A stretch of 64,000 nt of DNA from Eledone cirrhosa (GCA_964016885.1 OZ024740.1:324818001-324882000); one strand, 5' to 3'. Positions 38,950 through 52,017 are shown, numbered from the stretch's first letter. Numbers and translations are program-made. The notes: generated by a model from the sequence alone, not told the origin.

Positions 38950-40148
38950 ATGTGTGTGTGTACATATATATATATATATAGTCCAAAAAAGACAAACAGA
39001 GATACAACAGCAATCGTCTTAATTTCACGCTTGAAAAGGGAAACAGGAAAGTTCAACGAATCGACACAAATACACACACACAAACACCAACACACACTCA
39101 CAAACACATATACGCACCCCACCCACATATATATATGGGGGGGGGGGGAGATTGTGTGTCTGTGACAATTGGTCATTAGAGTCCACGACATCTAACCAAA
39201 CCTATAAGGCATGTGATATATATCCCAAACTATAGGATATATGACATGGAACCGAAACTGTAAGATCTGTCATATATGACTGAAACTACAGGATATATGC
39301 CATGAAACCATATTGATATCAATTTCGGTTAAGTATCACCTCGCACATATTGAAAAGTGTGTTAGTTTCCATAAGAGATTCTGAATAGTGTGTAATAGAG
39401 TACCTAGAAGTGTTGGACCATCGTCGGACCATCGCTGAATTACTTGGCATTCAACAGATACGTGAAGAAATTTAATATAGTCCTCAGGGTGATTCAGCGG
39501 CACAAAGTGTGTAACAAGACCTTGCATTTGAAGCAAAGGTACAACTCATTTTTTCTAATCGAGTGCGCGGGAACAGTGTGAAATAAAATGGCTTGCTCTT
39601 AGCTTAGTTAGAAGGCGACACCTGGAATCGAAATACGATCTTCAGATCGAGGGCTTAACATCCTAACCATTAAGCCACGCGTATTGACAATGCACCGAAA
39701 TATATGTCCTATGAAGGACCCTCTAATGTCAACACCTGTTCATCCTTGATAACCTTTCTTACACAGATTATAAGACAGATCTTTTTTATCTACATGTGTT
39801 TTACATACAGAAGAAGCACAGTGGTATACTCTCTGTATAATCTCACTAGTTGTTGTTGAGGTTGTTGCTGTTGCTGCTGCTGCTTTTGCTGTTGTAATCT
39901 CCTTTACCAATACTAAAAGAATATGTTTTCTTTACTCTTCTCTTCTTATCTAACCTGACAAAACGTGAAGTTATTCTTTATATCAGTTCACCTACTAAAA
40001 TTAATTAATATTATATATATATACACACACGCGTGTGTTTAATGGTAGCTATGGTGCTTCCATAGGCGGTATGCCAGTTGAGCACTCAATGTTCTTACAG
40101 AGCAGAGTGGAAATAATATAAACAAACGGAAATTTGGTCTGAAAGCAT

Positions 40149-40244
40149 TGCATGTGTCCGAAGAACCTACAGCTGTAGAATTAGGCAGATCCACACAATG
40201 ATGATGCCTCGAGCTATCTGCCGGCGAAACAATTGTAACACGCA
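40149..40244 (+). ncRNA. Type I hammerhead-like motif with extended stem II
   Basis: GTGT-CCGAAGA-...GGCAGAT/ATCTGCC...-GGC-GAAA-CAATTG-TA-ACAC; stem I GTGT/ACAC; lies between short inverted repeats 40116-40128 / 40277-40289. Confidence 0.7.
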
Positions 40245-40547
40245 ATAAACTGAGTCTAGATGCATCACTGATTTTTCGTTTGTTTATATATTATATATAT
40301 TTATATATACATGCACATCGCTGAATTGAGGACTGAATATCATTTGTAGAGTCAAGAGAGAATTTATAGTTAATACCGAATCTTTCGCCGATACAAGCTT
40401 CGCGAAATAGTTTTTAGAAGTATAGTAGAACTTTTCATGGCATGATATTAAAGAGTTGGGGACTCTAGAAATTCAGGCAAGCGCAATTGATGTCCTTACT
40501 TTGGATATGAAATATAGGATAAGTGGCACTACGGAGCAATATTCGTT

Positions 40548-40874
40548 TTGAAAATTTTGAAAGTAGGTTTCTAATTATTAATTTTCATTATACTTTTGTA
40601 GCTGTCTCGGTGGCCGCGTTGGAAGAATCATGGACGGAGGTAATCCAGGTCTGAAGTTAGATCCTGGTCAGGAGTAGGGATCCCGGTAAACCTTTTTAGT
40701 TTTTTTCTATGTCATATGAAATAAAATCGGAAAAAGATTACATGTACGTCTATACCAGGATTGAACCCAAGACCAGGATCTCCACCGGCTCTAGGACTTA
40801 CTGCTAGTCCACTGAGATGGCTCAGAAAATCTTATGAAAATTCAGACTTATAGACCTACTTTCAAAATTTTCAA
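40548..40874. mobile_element. Degenerate palindromic MITE-like element with inward-facing tRNA-like arms
   Basis: Perfect 21-bp IR TTGAAAATTTTGAAAGTAGGT / ACCTACTTTCAAAATTTTCAA; the - strand arm has CTCAGTGGACTAGCAG...GGGTTCAATCCTGG and the + arm has a diverged counterpart. Confidence 0.6.
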
Positions 40875-41157
40875 GATAAAATGATATGGTGTCGTTCATG
40901 TCTTTCTTAATGTTATTGCTCCTACTTAAGGTCGACTTCAAATTCATTTGGGGGTTCCATAAACTATATCCTCATTTTGTTTCTCTTCTATCTAGGCTCT
41001 ATTTTAACCTGTAATCCACGTTTCATTTCAGTTGCACCTCCGTGGTATTTGAATCTACCATGATTTGGGCTTACCTTATTCATATATATATGTTTTTGCA
41101 TATCTGTTAGATTCAAACTTACAATGATTGGCATTATATATAAATATATATATATTG

Positions 41158-41729
41158 ATGATGGCTGCCCCCTCGTTATCGAGTATGGCCATTGCACGAC
41201 ATACCATTATTAATAATTATTAATTCTGCGAGGGCGGTGGATTGGCAGTATCGGTAGAGGGTCGCACGTCATGCTTTGACGCATAGAGTTACGGCCCTTG
41301 CCATTCTGAGTTCAAATCCCGCCGAGGTTAACTTTGCCTTTCATCCTTATGGGGTCGATAAAATAAAGTACCTTGTGCCAAAAGTAGAAACAATTAATTA
41401 ATTCTGTCATGCAATACCTCTGCTTGAAGATTTATTTAAAGTGAGGAAAGACTGTGCACTGAGCCAATCCCACTCTCTGAGCGACAGTAGCTATCACCCG
41501 AAAAGAAGAAAAGATCATCATCATCGGTAACTACTGTGCCGCAGGCTTATGTCATTGTTATCCCAGTTTCCTGAGGTAACTTCTCCTAAAAAAGGTCCTG
41601 ACAAAGGCTAGGGGTCCTTCACTCCCAGTGGTTTAACCACGCGATCGGGTATCCAGCCTGGCCATTTTCATGTCCCCGCGCATATACATACACATGCAAC
41701 CACGCATATACATATATATATATATATAT

Positions 41730-41771
<42 letters not shown>

Positions 41772-42045
41772 GCATATGTAAATGTGTATATACATATTTA
41801 CACACTTGGATGGCCGTTGACTCTTATGAATTCTTCCGCCCTTTGTCAGGTTCTGTTTTTCATCCTGCAGGGTGCCCCAAACCACCCTCCTTACCAAGTA
41901 AATTTGGTGGGGTTGCCTGTTTAGTCGCCGACGACCTGACCATGCGAGAGGTTGTACAGGGTTACATGTTACCAGTAGCACTCAAGTATGACTTTCTCCT
42001 AGAGAGATGTCATAGGAAGGACTAGGAGTCTCTCGCCCCACAAAA
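41158..42045 (-). mobile_element. Family C element, apparently full length, with internal microsatellite (41681-41803) and nested SINE
   Basis: Head TGCTACTGGTAACATGTA...GGCGACTAAACAGGCAACCCCACC...AAGAGTCAACGGCCATCCAA homologous to the family A head; tail CTCGATAACGAGGGGGCAGCCATCATC. Confidence 0.82.
41229..41396 (+). mobile_element. Family B SINE with 10-bp TSD
   Basis: TSD ATTAATTCTG at 41219-41228 and 41397-41406. Confidence 0.92.
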
Positions 42046-42105
42046 AAAGAAAAATATTGGGTGACTGTTGAGTCTCCCGAGCTCCTCCCTCCTTTGACGG
42101 GTTTT

Positions 42106-42216
<111 letters not shown>

Positions 42217-42392
42217 TAATAGTTATATATTGTAATAGTTATACTTATATATAGAAATAGAAATAAGATAGGGTTAATATTGTATATTACCCGATTACCA
42301 GTAAGATAAATAGCTCAATGTAAAATATCAGATATACTACAGAGCAGAAATACAACATAAATAACAATCAAATTATGTTTAAGGCATTTAAT

Positions 42393-42439
42393 TGCTTACG
42401 ATCGTTTCATCGAGATATAGATCTGGATTCATCACAGCA
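42393..42439 (-). ncRNA. Minimal hammerhead motif (one core substitution)
   Basis: - strand: TGCT-GTGATGA-ATC...GAT-GAAA-CGATCG-TA-AGCA. Confidence 0.72.
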
Positions 42440-42985
42440 TACAAAAGGTTAAAAGAAATATATTCCTAATCCTTAGACCATTAAACTGGATATATTATAT
42501 GTGAGAAGACTAATTATGAGTGTTAATTGCAATATATTAAAGAGCAAGAACAAAAGAGTATTATAATGAAATAATTATAATGAAAAAATAGTAATAAAAT
42601 ATTATAAGGAAAATTTATGTTAAAGATATAATACAAGTATTATTAGGTATATGATATATATATATATATAAGGATTATTACTTATATGAAAAAATCATAA
42701 CAAAAATATTATAGCAAGAATATCATATGAAGATTATTAATAACAGTAGAGTACATGCAATAAAAGTAAGAACATTGCGTAGTAAGAGCATACATGTAGG
42801 TGTTAAAAATTATAAATATCATAGGATATATTGGTTTTAGGCAAAAATGATATTTATAATGATATTTATAATAATATTTATAATTTTTAATACCTACAGC
42901 ATAACCTCTGCAGAGTCGGGTCGTCGGTGACTAAACTGGTAACCCCACCACGCTTGCTTGGTGAGGAGGGTGAATTTGGACATAG

Positions 42986-43045
<60 letters not shown>

Positions 43046-43629
43046 CTATGTATGTATGCATGCTTGTATGTATGTATATATATATGTCTACTGAAGTGAA
43101 GCCTTTTAGTCGTTTCTTTCAGTTGAAATAACATGAATAAACAACAACGTAATAATAATATATATATATATATATATATATAATTAGGTACACTCTGTCT
43201 TTCTCTCTCTCTCACACACACACAGACACAGACACAGACACACATATGCATACACACACACACACATACACACACACATATATATATTCTTATATGTTTG
43301 TATAGCTGCAATGAAGAAGAAAGTGCTGACGTGCGCGAATGTCTGCTGACGTCAGCAACTATATTTAAGGAACACCTTATTAGTTTTCCTTCCTTAATTC
43401 TTCAGAATTAATCAAACAGGTAATTCAATTTGGGGAACGGAATTCTCATTAGAAAATTTAGTCCTACTGGGGCTAATTCATTTGTGCTAGAACTAAATAA
43501 AATGCAACGATAATCTTTATGAATTTATATAATAAAAATGATATAATTACATATTATAGATATTCAACATCATGGCACATTGAAATACCTGCTTAGCCAT
43601 AAATATATACGTGCGTATATATTTTGTGT

Positions 43630-43727
<98 letters not shown>

Positions 43728-43974
43728 GAAAGTATAGAAATTATTGTGAGCGTGAAGCCAACAGCATTTCATAATATATAAGTGACTATAACGTCAAAAT
43801 GGAAAATAATTAACGTAAGATGTGGGAAAATAATTCAAACTCAATTCAAAAAAAAAATCAAGACATAGATTTATCCATAGAATTTTGTGAAATCCAGGGA
43901 AAAATCAATAGAGCTTTAACTCTGAATAAAATAAAGTTTAAATACTCATATGCATATATATTATATACATATAG

Positions 43975-44091
<117 letters not shown>

Positions 44092-44119
44092 ACAAAACAC
44101 AGTAGAGGAAGTGGCGGTC

Positions 44120-44156
44120 GTTTAGACGTTTCGAACAGAAGTCCTTCATCATATAC
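44120..44156 (-). ncRNA. Minimal hammerhead motif (degenerate)
   Basis: - strand: ATGATGA-A-GGAC-TTCT-GTTC-GAAA-CG-TC. Confidence 0.62.
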
Positions 44157-44575
44157 CTATATATAAGGTGTACGGTTTATGATTGTACGAAAACGAGTTT
44201 GTTATATGTCAATACGTTGTGTTCTTGGGCAAACCACGTTGTTTACCTTTGCTACATTTTACTCACCTGGCAACGTTTTATCTGTGATGCAAATTCCAGT
44301 CTTGCGGGAGTTTGTGTCACACTGAATCTCCCCGAGAATTCTTTTAAGAGTGCACATGTCAGCCACTTGCACGTTTAATCTTATGAGAAGGCTGTTTTGT
44401 TGATCAAACAACTGGAATAATCGTAGTCGGACCCGACGTAGTTTCTGTATTCACAGGCACATGCATACACAGACACATAGACACACAGACAAACAGACAC
44501 TCAGACACCTATGTATGTATGTATGTATGTATGTATGTATGTATGTATGTATGTATGTATGTATGTATGTATGAA

Positions 44576-45187
44576 TGTCAGGTCACCAGTTGGTGCTACT
44601 GGTAACATGTATCCCAGTACAACCTGTCTCATGGTCGGGTCGTTGGCGACTAAACTGGCAACCCCACCAAGGTTTCTTGGTGAGGAGGGTGACTTTGGAC
44701 ATCCTGCAGGACTAAAAACAAAACCTGTTAAAGGGCAAAGGAGCTCTTAAGAGTCAATGGCCATCCAAAATCACCGGGAGAGATGACCCCTTAGCCTTTG
44801 TCAAGGCAGAATTCTAGGAGAAGGAAAACTCTGATATAACACCTGCAACCCTGATGGTATCCAATGATGTTGACTTGTTCTACTTTTTGTGTAAATATCA
44901 TCTTGGTTGAGAGAGTGAGACTGGCTTTGTGCAGTGCCTTTGCTCACTATAAAAGCTTCACGGCACAGGCATTGCTTTATATCTGGAGATCTCTCTGCAC
45001 TTGTCGTCACATGGTACCATGGGCCCAGCACTATGTGTCAATAATTGTCACAAGTGTGGTGTTTGTACCAGAGTTTTCATGTCACAGGCTGGACTAAAAA
45101 GTCACACTCGTTCAGCGCATCGGTAGGGGTTCTGCTACATGGATATAAAGTAGTGGCCATACTCGAAAACGAGTTGGCAGCCACCAT
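44576..45187 (+). mobile_element. Family A element, full length (~610 bp)
   Basis: Same 5' start (TGTCAGGTCACCAGTTGG) and 3' end as 53428-54038; in (ATGT)n. Confidence 0.93.
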
Positions 45188-45282
45188 GTATGAATGTATG
45201 TATGTATGTTTGTGTGTATATTTCTATATATATGTATGTTTGTATATATGTATGGTATGCTTGTTGCTTGTATGTATGAATG

Positions 45283-45421
<139 letters not shown>

Positions 45422-46305
45422 GCCTGCACGTGTGTGCATTTAATTTTCTTCGGTGTTTAATTAAATGTGATTGTCAATATGATTATATATCTATATATAT
45501 GTATGTATCTATGTATGTATGCATGTATGTATGTATGTATGTATGTATGTATGTATGTATGTATGTATGTATGTATATACGTATATATATTATACACAAC
45601 CCTCATGATATGATGCTTCGACCTTCAATGCATTGATGATTGACACAGAAATAAATCCATTTATGAATTTTCAATGTATTCTAAGATTCGTTCGATTAAC
45701 CACCTGTTACCTATGATATAATCATGTATTTTACACATTATAGAAGCGATTAGGCAGTGTATATAGAGTCTTGTGCTTTTATGGGTTTGAATGGGCTGTG
45801 TCCTTAGAGTATAGATCAAAATAGTTTACAGTATTTGTTCCAGCTTTCTGCGCATTGGTGTTGGAATCGCACCGCAGTCACTGTCACAGTTCAGACTTCC
45901 GAGGTTGGAGAATCTTTTGGCATGGACCGTATAGGCGGCGGAAAGGTGGAGTGGTTGCAGCATGTGGGTGTTTAACATCCGACCGTCCTGGCGACAATGT
46001 TAAATTAATTTGTACAAGTCTGCTTCTAAATTTAACGTGCAAATGGCCGAGCACAGCACACACACGTATAGTGTTAGCGGAAATCTCATTCAAATTCAGC
46101 GTGATACAGAATGTGAGAATGCTGGCCCTTTGACTTCCAGATACAACATCTTTTTACTAGCTGAGTGGACTGGAGCAACGTGAAATAAAATGTTTTACCG
46201 AAGGTCACAACACGCCGCCGAGAATTAACGACTTTACGATCGTGAGGGGAACACTTTAACTACTAAGGCAAAGTGCATGAGTACTCTGACACACACACAC
46301 ACACA

Positions 46306-46400
<95 letters not shown>

Positions 46401-46560
46401 TATATATGCGTTCCATCGACGTCCACCTGTTTTCGCCATCAACAGTTGATCCAATGACGCCCATTGAACAATGATACAACACACTACATGGCGCTTGATA
46501 AAGCACGTTTCTGCCTTAACTGTATATTCTCTCTCCCCAAAACACACACACACACACACC

Positions 46561-46592
<32 letters not shown>

Positions 46593-46678
46593 GTAATAGT
46601 AATAAATTTGAAGACTAAAATCCAAAGAGGGCTCGATAAGGATAAATATATATAAAATATATAAGAACCGTAGAGCAA

Positions 46679-46808
46679 ATATTTATTAAAATAATAGATT
46701 AAAGTTTAAGCAAAGAATCGCTGCTTTCACCCTTATCGGGATCTTCTGAAATCGTTTCAGAATGGTGAAAGGAGCGATTCTTTGCTTAAACTTTAATCTG
46801 TTATTTTA

Positions 46809-46816
<8 letters not shown>
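46679..46816. repeat. 53-bp-arm palindrome (2 mismatches) with hammerhead-like centre
   Basis: Arms 46679-46731 / 46764-46816; - strand CAGAAGA-T-CCC-GATAA-GGG-T-GAAAG; abuts (TA)n. Confidence 0.8.
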
Positions 46817-46854
<38 letters not shown>

Positions 46855-47260
46855 TAAACGGACGGTAGTCCGTTTAGTAATATTGTTGTGGTCGTGTTTT
46901 CGTTGGCAATCGTCTGTTTACGACAGTACAGCGCGGCTCTACTTTATTTAACTGAGATAAAACTTATATGAGCATGAACAGTACATCATTACGCATCTTT
47001 TGGTTTAAAAATCTAGAAATTTGGTCCAGCGGGAAAAAGTTTATAATCAAAGTTTGCTGATAAATCTTGTGAGTGAGTAGTAAGCGTGACGCTAGGGGAG
47101 GTAATCCAGAAATGACGTAGCTTTGTCATTAAGCCAGTTGCCTCAACTAGATTGCAATTATACTCAAAAGAACTTTAAAATGTCAATCACTTGTCAGTAA
47201 TTCACTATGATCATTTAATTATTAGATAGTTGTTGCTTGCATTGCCTTAAAAAATAGTAG

Positions 47261-48321
47261 ACCAGAGAGAAAAATGCGTACAGCAAAAAAAAAAGTAATA
47301 TTATTGGAATATAAACCTTTAAAAATACAGGACAAGAAACTAAAATAAAACTTTAAAAGAATAGGACAATAAACTAAGATAAAACTTTAAAGAATTGGAC
47401 AAGAAATAAAAAATTTTACAATAATATTAGTGGCAACATTTTTTTATTCGTTTCCTGTGCTATGCCCCAGTATCTTCTTGATTAGTGCATAATAATTGTC
47501 ATGCTCTCATTGTGCGTTGCCCCTGAGCGGTTGGTTCTGGTTGGGGTTGGTTGGCTGAGCAGTTCTGCTCCGTCAGAATGACCATTGCAAGAAGAATTGG
47601 CCGATGCAGCTGCAGGTCTCCTCCAAGAATGCACTTCTGGTCCCGCAACACCAGACGAAGACGGAGAAGACGACCGGGACAAGATGTCGACTCTGACCAC
47701 CAACTACGGCACCTACCTCAACCACCGGTCCTCCCTCCCTCTGTCCCGTCATCCCTCCAGTCCTTCTGCTCCCCCTTCCTGTACCAGAAAGCTGTGGCAC
47801 GCATTCATCTGGACTGCCGGACTTGAACTCAAGGACAAGATGCAAGGAGAAGATGGACGGGTTGGTCAAGATCAAGGATGAGCGGGACGACAAGACCGTC
47901 CCCTGCTGCTCAAGATCTGTGCTCATGGGCCCATGGGTCCATTCACATTATGCATGACACATGAGGCGTGTCGCCGAATGATGAAATATGGGATGGTTAT
48001 GGCCCAATTGGTGTTCAAACCAGGATCAGATGATCCCCCGGTCTGACGACGACCTCTGAATGTCGAACCCAGAGCCTATGAATGTGGAACTCAATTTTTT
48101 ACCAATAAAAATTTTGCCACTAATATTATTGTAAAATTTTTTATTTCTTGTCCAATTCTTTAAAGTTTTATCTTAGTTTCTTGTCCTATTCTTTTAAAGT
48201 TTTATCTTAGTTTATTGTCCTATTCTTTTAAAGTTTTATTTTAGTTTCTTGTCGTGTATTTTTAAAGGTTTATATTCCAACAATATTACTTTTTTTTGCT
48301 GTACGCATTTTTCTATCTGGT
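47261..48321. mobile_element. Foldback-type non-autonomous DNA element: ~190-220-bp TIRs with 33-34-bp subrepeats and ~650-bp GC-richer interior
   Basis: ACCAGAGAGAAAAATGCGTACAGC...ATTAGTGGCAA matches the reverse complement of 48100-48321; subrepeat GGACAA.AAACTAA.ATAAAACTTTAAA present 3x left and 4x right. Confidence 0.88.
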
Positions 48322-48347
48322 ATATATATATGGTATATATATATGTG

Positions 48348-48413
<66 letters not shown>

Positions 48414-48466
48414 TTGAAAAAAATGAAAACGAAATTTCATTTCTCACTCTTAGTATGGCACTTACT

Positions 48467-48541
48467 TAAATGTAAGTATGTATGTATACGTACATACATA
48501 TATGTATACAGACGTACAGTAGCATGCACATATATATATAC

Positions 48542-48590
<49 letters not shown>

Positions 48591-48784
48591 TATACATACA
48601 GGTACACATACATATATGCACGCATCAGTTTAGCGGACGCTTATTATAACGCCGCTTTGTTCGTTTGTAAACCGTATGGCATAAATTCAGGCTGTTCAGT
48701 TTGTTTACAAACGAACAAAGCGGCGTTATAATAAGCGTCCGCTAAACTGATGCGTGCATATATGTATGTGTACCTGTATGTATA

Positions 48785-48880
<96 letters not shown>

Positions 48881-48940
48881 CATGCTACTGTACGTCTGTA
48901 TACATATATGTATGTACGTATACATACATACTTACATTTA
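48467..48940. repeat. Inverted duplication, arms 48467-48672 / 48703-48940, 30-bp spacer
   Basis: Unique parts reverse-complementary (GCACGCATCAGTTTAGCGGACGCTTATTATAACGCCGCTTTGTTCGTTTGTAAAC); arms differ mainly in internal (TA)n length. Confidence 0.9.
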
Positions 48941-48977
48941 TATATATATATATATACATGCATTCATACATATATAT

Positions 48978-49162
48978 AATTGTTTCTACTTTTGGCATAG
49001 GGCCAACAATTATTCCACCGCATTACTGGTACTTTATTTTATCGACGCCGAAAGGATGAAAGGCAAAGTTAACCTCGGCGGGATTTGAACTCAGAATGGC
49101 AAGGGCCGTAACTCTATGCGTCAAAGCATGGTGTCTGACCCTTTACCGATACTGCCAATCCA
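48978..49162 (-). mobile_element. Family B SINE
   Basis: Matches consensus. Confidence 0.9.
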
Positions 49163-49221
49163 ATGATATACAGATACGCCTACACTCTCTCTTTCTCTCT
49201 CACAAACACGCACTAATATAT

Positions 49222-49500
49222 ATGTGAGAAACTTAAAAATAAGGAGTGGCACCACAATTTGAACTTGTTTATAGAATTCTTTCTGCCTTTGTCACTCTAA
49301 ATATAAATTATAGCCTTAAAGAATTAGCTTTTAATTATTTCCCTTTTCTTTCAACCAATGACCCTCACCCATCCCACTCCCACCTTCTCCTACCACCTGA
49401 AAAGATATAAATACCACAACATTTATTTTGGATAGCCAGATTCCTGATGATTTCTAAAGAATGAAACAGTTCTAGTCCTGTAGAATCTCATCTATATTAA

Positions 49501-49505
<5 letters not shown>
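49222..49505 (+). mobile_element. Penelope-like element 3' end (GIY-YIG C-terminal remnant + pLTR with hammerhead), ending in (TA)n
   Basis: Frameshifted CEKLK..LNLFIEFFLP/CHSKYKL* resembles the C-terminus of the 403-843 clade; C-rich tract; hammerhead follows. Confidence 0.6.
49438..49488 (+). ncRNA. Type I hammerhead ribozyme with intact core; predicted cleavage after A49482
   Basis: AGATTC-CTGATGA-T-TTC-TAAA-GAA-T-GAAA-CAG-TTCTAGTC-CTG-TA-GAATCT: 6-bp stem I, CUGAUGA, stem II, GAAA, stem III, GUA triplet. Confidence 0.88.
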
Positions 49506-49595
<90 letters not shown>

Positions 49596-50064
49596 CCTAT
49601 ACCTTGACTGCACTACTGAAAACATTCGTCAGCTTAGCTGAGACTATGGCTTCGAATATGCTGTACTTGCATTTGTATTACTATCTCCTAGACCTAATGA
49701 TTAATTGTTTAATTTAATTAGACAATTCCATTGATTGGTTAATTATTTTGTTTGTTTAATAACGGCCTGGTTGAGTGCTTAATTCAGTTTGTGTATGGAA
49801 CTTTTTCCATTGCTCATAATTTGAATTTGACCACCAAAAACCGGAGTTAACTCCCTTTGGAGTAACATGTGACCACACAACCGAATTTGGTGTCAGAACG
49901 GAAAGCCTGTTGAGAAAGTAAATCCACTGTTCGAACCTCCAGGAACTTAACTTACACACACTGCAAGCGGATTCTGTTGATTTCGGATTTACAGAAACCT
50001 AACTGTGATATTGCAAAATATTCGTAGTGATGGTCCAGGTTTGTTATATGTATGTATATGTGTG

Positions 50065-50131
<67 letters not shown>

Positions 50132-51692
50132 GTGTATTAATATTTTCCTCTCGAGTCAGTTCTTTCGTTGCTACGGACCCCGGCTGAATTACCGGTCGCT
50201 GTCTTCATTTTTCAAAGCCCTTTAAACTGTATGTTATTACTCTGGGGTCCTATACCTTATCGAGTGCTTTGCTGCACTTCTGAATGTATTCGTCGGCTTA
50301 GCTCAGGCTCTGGCTTCGAATATGCTGTACTGCCATTTGTATGTAAACATTAAATATAGAAACAGAAAGTCGGAGAATCATATAGAGATCGAAATGACAT
50401 TTCATTTGGAATGATCGATAATCGATATTTATAAACACCCACTGTTTTATTCAAATATATGTATATTTGGCGTTTGTTTCACATTTTAAAAACAATGGCG
50501 TTATTTTAGGCGCCAAGTGCAGTTCTATCATTATTGCATTGTCTTCTAATTAAGCAAACAACAAACAGTTCAGAAATTAATTTAACTCTGCAACCAAGTT
50601 TTAAATTTAAATATAAAGCTAATAAAAAATCACGAAAAATATTCCATATTGTGAATAAGAAAATGACATGTTCGTTGAAAAAACTTCCGTTAATAAACTT
50701 AGAGAGGCGTTAGAATAGATCACAAAGTATCTTGCTGTATATTTGTCAACATACTTGTGTTCTGAGTTCAGATCCTACAGAGGACAACATTCCCGTTCAT
50801 TCTTTCAGGGTCGAAAAATTAAAGGTCATTACTCAATTGATTTCTAATTAAGTTATTACCAAATAATTCTCAAACTTATTTAGCACTGTAATCAAGTTTT
50901 AAATTCAAATATATCAATAATATCCAAAAACATTGAATGAGAAAATATTTTATTTATTGAACGATACAATCAGAATAAAGAGGAAGAATGTTCAGGCAGG
51001 GAATTGATAAATTCGTTACAGTGGAGGACAAATTGCCTTCTCTATATTCTTGCGTGCAACAGGTCATTCTTCGTTCAAACTCCACCGACGTCAAATTACC
51101 GATCATCTTTTTCGTGTCGATGAAATAAGGTACCAGTCCAGCGCAGAGGGTTGCTGGAATTATAGGAGCGTCGGGCGAAACACCTTATAGTATCTTTCCT
51201 TGGATCCCTAGCTCCAAGTTCAAATATCACAGAGTTTACCATGCCTTTCACCCTTGCGGTGTCGCTAACATACTGTACCAGTCAAGAGCCGTGGGTTAAA
51301 AGAATTGTCAGGAGATTGGATGATATAAGTTACAGGACTTTATCCCGCATTCCTTCGCCCTGAAATACGATGAATTATCAGACGTCAAATAAGGCGGGGT
51401 CGGAACATGTTCACAGTTAAATGACAGAAACCATTAAAACAATAAAAGAAGAGCCGATCTTATTGATGAACAAGTGATATTTCGAAAAAAATATATATAT
51501 ATTCGTCATGCTTAAACGTGTTGTTTTTTAAACACTAGTATCGAAAATGTTTAAAAAATACAAGATATACGCACGTTAACTAGATCTTAGCAATGCCGGG
51601 TTTCCCTGTAATGGCTGCTGTAGTATAACTCAATATATATACATACATACATGCATACATACATACATACATACATACATGCATACATGCAC

Positions 51693-51723
<31 letters not shown>

Positions 51724-51805
51724 CATGCATTCAGGCATACATGCATACATGCATACATGCATACATACGTACATTCAGGCATACATACATACATACATAC
51801 ATACA

Positions 51806-51840
<35 letters not shown>

Positions 51841-51970
51841 CAACGTCGATCTACTTCCGGCGTTGCAACGTGCAGTATTCTTGAAAGTTACGAGCATATT
51901 GACATGCCTGTGGTGATAATTTAATACATACCTTTGCGATTATATGTATAATTTTTCTTCTTAAGGAAAC

Positions 51971-52017
<47 letters not shown>

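Noticed and set aside
44576-44720. HDV-like ribozyme at the family A 5' end
   Set aside because: Some stems exist (ACCAGT/ACTGGT, TGTA/TACA) but I could not assemble P1.1 and J4/2 in the right order, and the pairing is not conserved in the other copies; left as an untested possibility.
47445-47500. Tyrosine recombinase motif (IKKILGHS) in the foldback cargo
   Set aside because: Followed by a stop before any catalytic Tyr and no upstream HxxR motif; insufficient.
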